DNA of 64,000 bases from contig CAMERI010000004.1 in assembly GCA_945935525.1 (NCBI GenBank), positions 9,645 through 73,644 of the forward strand, written 5' to 3'. The stretch comes from an uncultured bacterium. Lineage in GTDB: Bacteria; Bacillota_I; Bacilli_A; RF39; UBA660. Shown here piece by piece: positions 61,703 through 64,000 of this stretch (the stretch's first letter is position 1; every line of letters begins with the position of its first letter). The notes under the pieces are model-generated. The model saw only the letters and a program-made list of their open reading frames with translations. It ran no database searches and had not been told where the DNA came from. A program made the translations under genes and the position numbers.

Positions 61703-62132
61703 ATTTTTTCTTAAACACTAATAATTTACTAAGTACATAGTTTAATATTGTAACAACTACTTGAACTACTAACTTCATAATCTTATCATTAAAGCCAATT
61801 AATGTTACAAATACAAACATAATGCCCATATCCATAAGAAGTGTAGCTATTCTAGAACTATAGAAACTAACTGCTTCTTTTAATTTATCTTTTCTTTTAC
61901 TCTTAAATACAAATATTCTATTAGCAAAATAAGCAAATGTTACACAACATATCCAAGAAATAATGTTAGCTAGTTGTAACTGAAAAGCATTTTCTGGATC
62001 TAAGAATGTATATACACAGAAATAATAAGTTCCAAGACTAACAACAGTAGTTAATCCACCAACTATTAAGTAATTTATTATTTCTTCATACTTCTTATAT
62101 AATTTCCATATCTTCTTTAATAACTTTTTCAT
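61701..62132 (-). CDS. GtrA-family flippase
   Basis: YLIVGGLTT, AN..SW..FAY.ANR.FVF, NYVLSKLLVF. Confidence 0.9.
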   Translation of the reverse strand: MKKLLKKIWKLYKKYEEIINYLIVGGLTTVVSLGTYYFCVYTFLDPENAFQLQLANIISWICCVTFAYFANRIFVFKSKRKDKLKEAVSFYSSRIATLLMDMGIMFVFVTLIGFNDKIMKLVVQVVVTILNYVLSKLLVFKKK

Positions 62133-62133
62133 A

Positions 62134-63060
62134 TTATAAGAAATCCTCATCAAAACCTATACGTTCACGAGCAATAAATATTGGTCTTCTTTTAGTTTCA
62201 TTATAAGTTTTACCTAAATATTCACCAATAATACCTAAGAATATTAACTGTATACCACCTAAGAATAACATAACACACATAAGTGATGCATATCCAGGCG
62301 TTTCAATTCCAGTAGTAAATGTCTTAATAAGTATTACTATTAAATATATAAATGCTATAAAACTAGTAAGAATACCAGTATATGTAGCAAACCTAAGTGG
62401 CTTTGTACTAAAACTTACTATACCATCAAAAGCATAATTAAGAAGTTTAAGTTTATTCCATTTAGAAACTCCAGCTTTTCTTTCTTTTACTTTATATGAA
62501 TCATAATAAGTTCTAAAACCTACATAACTAAATATACCCTTAGAAAATCTATTTCTTTCACTCATTTCAAGTATAGCATCAACAACATTTCTTCTAAACA
62601 TTCTAAAGTCTGACGCACCATCAACTATTTCCATATTTGAAAGTTTACCCATTAACTTATAGAACATTCTTTGAAGTCCTCTTTTTTCTTTTTGTTTTTG
62701 ACACATACAAACTGCATCATATTGATCATTTTCTCTTAAAAACTTATACATCTTTACAAGATAAGCAGGATCTTGTTGTAAATCACAATCTATTATACAA
62801 GTAAACTCTGCTTTAGAATGTAAAAATCCAGCATACATTGCGGCTTCTTTTCCAAAATTCTTTGAAAAACTAACAATTTTTACACACTCATCATCTTTTT
62901 TATGCAATTCTTTTAATCTTTGTAGTGTTTTGTCCTTTGAACCATCATCTACAAATATAAAATTATGTTTTATTCCTTTTAAAGCTTCATTAACTGCATC
63001 ATAAAAATTGAAAATATTATCTTCTTCATTATATGCAGGCACAATAATATCTAATTTCAT
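62134..63060 (-). CDS. GT2 polyprenyl-phosphate glycosyltransferase (GtrB/CsbB-like)
   Basis: PAYNEE, DDGSKD, NFGKEAA, DCDLQ, two C-terminal TMs, GEYLGK..ETKRRP. Confidence 0.92.
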   Translation of the reverse strand: MKLDIIVPAYNEEDNIFNFYDAVNEALKGIKHNFIFVDDGSKDKTLQRLKELHKKDDECVKIVSFSKNFGKEAAMYAGFLHSKAEFTCIIDCDLQQDPAYLVKMYKFLRENDQYDAVCMCQKQKEKRGLQRMFYKLMGKLSNMEIVDGASDFRMFRRNVVDAILEMSERNRFSKGIFSYVGFRTYYDSYKVKERKAGVSKWNKLKLLNYAFDGIVSFSTKPLRFATYTGILTSFIAFIYLIVILIKTFTTGIETPGYASLMCVMLFLGGIQLIFLGIIGEYLGKTYNETKRRPIFIARERIGFDEDFL

Positions 63061-63071
63061 TAATCTTACTC

Positions 63072-63560
63072 CTAATATCCTAATTTTCCATCAAGACTTT
63101 CATCATCATTAATCCAATCTTGAACATCTATTTCTCTATATTTATCTTTACTATCTCTAACGATTACTTTTGTTATACCACTGTTGATAACAACTCTTTT
63201 GCACATAGAACAACTTGAAGAATTTTCTACGTACTCACCAGTTTTAGAATCTTTTCCAACCATATATAATGTTGCACCAATCATATCTTTTCTGGGAGCA
63301 GATATAATAGCATTTTGTTCAGCATGAACACTTCTACATAACTCATATCTTTCTCCACGAGGAATATTAAGTTTTTCACGAACGCAATAACCTAAATCAT
63401 CACAATTCTTTCTACCACGAGGAGCACCATTATAACCAGTAGATATAATTTCATCATTCTTAACTATTACAGCCCCCCATTTTTTTCTAAGACAAGTAGC
63501 TCTTTCTAAAGTTGCTTCTGCAATATCTAAATAATAATTATTTTTATCTATTCTTTCCAT
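63072..63560 (-). CDS. dCMP deaminase (ComEB-like)
   Basis: RATC, TGYNG.P, HAEQNA, CSMC. Confidence 0.88.
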   Translation of the reverse strand: MERIDKNNYYLDIAEATLERATCLRKKWGAVIVKNDEIISTGYNGAPRGRKNCDDLGYCVREKLNIPRGERYELCRSVHAEQNAIISAPRKDMIGATLYMVGKDSKTGEYVENSSSCSMCKRVVINSGITKVIVRDSKDKYREIDVQDWINDDESLDGKLGY

Positions 63561-63677
63561 ACTAAAACCTCTATAAGTATTCTACCATAAAAATAAATAA
63601 AAGAATATATTTTAAATCAAACTTGTAATTTATTTACTGAATGATATAATATTTATAGATAAAAATAGGGAGTACAT

Positions 63678-64000
63678 ATGAAAAATTATATAAAAAGAAT
63701 ATTAAAAAAATCCAAAAAAGAAATAATTATAGAAGCCTTAGTATGTATAGTTCTAAGAGCAATACTTCTATTAAATCCAATACTTTATAGTGATGCGGTA
63801 AATGCTATATCAGCAAATTCTTATCAAACAGCAATCAACATATTAATTATTTATATAATTTCAATAAGTGTTTATAAATTATTTGAATATTTTAGGCAAT
63901 ATACTTTCTATAACGTTTATAACAAAATATATAAAGAAAGCACTAGTATAGGTCTTCAATATACTAACGATAACTCAATATTTAGTTTATCTAGATTTAG
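63678..64000 (+). CDS. Probable ABC transporter permease/ATPase, N-terminal part (runs off window end)
   Basis: Manual translation MKNYIKRILKKSKKE..LLLNPILYSDAVN.. with two TMs, ABC-TMD-like; GGGAG RBS. Confidence 0.55.
   Translation, partial: MKNYIKRILKKSKKEIIIEALVCIVLRAILLLNPILYSDAVNAISANSYQTAINILIIYIISISVYKLFEYFRQYTFYNVYNKIYKESTSIGLQYTNDNSIFSLSRF

Overview
Very AT-rich chromosomal window (genetic code 11) from a genome-reduced Bacilli-type bacterium, by inference a gut RF39/RFN20-like lineage. It spans the replication origin: the rsmG-mnmG-mnmE-jag-yidC-rnpA-rpmH block on the minus strand, then dnaA-dnaN-recF-gyrB-gyrA on the plus strand, with gene orientation switching at about 30.4 kb. 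Most of it is core housekeeping plus a compact set of sporulation genes. The main points of interest are: (1) a shortened OLE-like RNA (about 454 nt) directly upstream of an oapA homologue; (2) an unrecognised, very AU-rich, multi-helix non-coding transcript of about 470 nt with its own promoter and terminator (8134->7663); (3) a cluster after gyrA of four perfect parS-type sites, each abutting a DnaA-box-like 9-mer, plus a perfect Noc-binding site and a parS/NBS hybrid, alongside an atypical Noc-like protein; (4) comK inserted between dnaN and recF behind three tandem Spo0A boxes; (5) three paralogous XRE genes beside a non-canonical Fic protein; (6) a rubredoxin-fused [FeFe] hydrogenase in an apparent operon with a two-component system; (7) a 487-aa ORFan between rpmH and oriC. 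No rRNA, tRNA, CRISPR array or transposase was recognised. All calls were made by eye, with no database searches.
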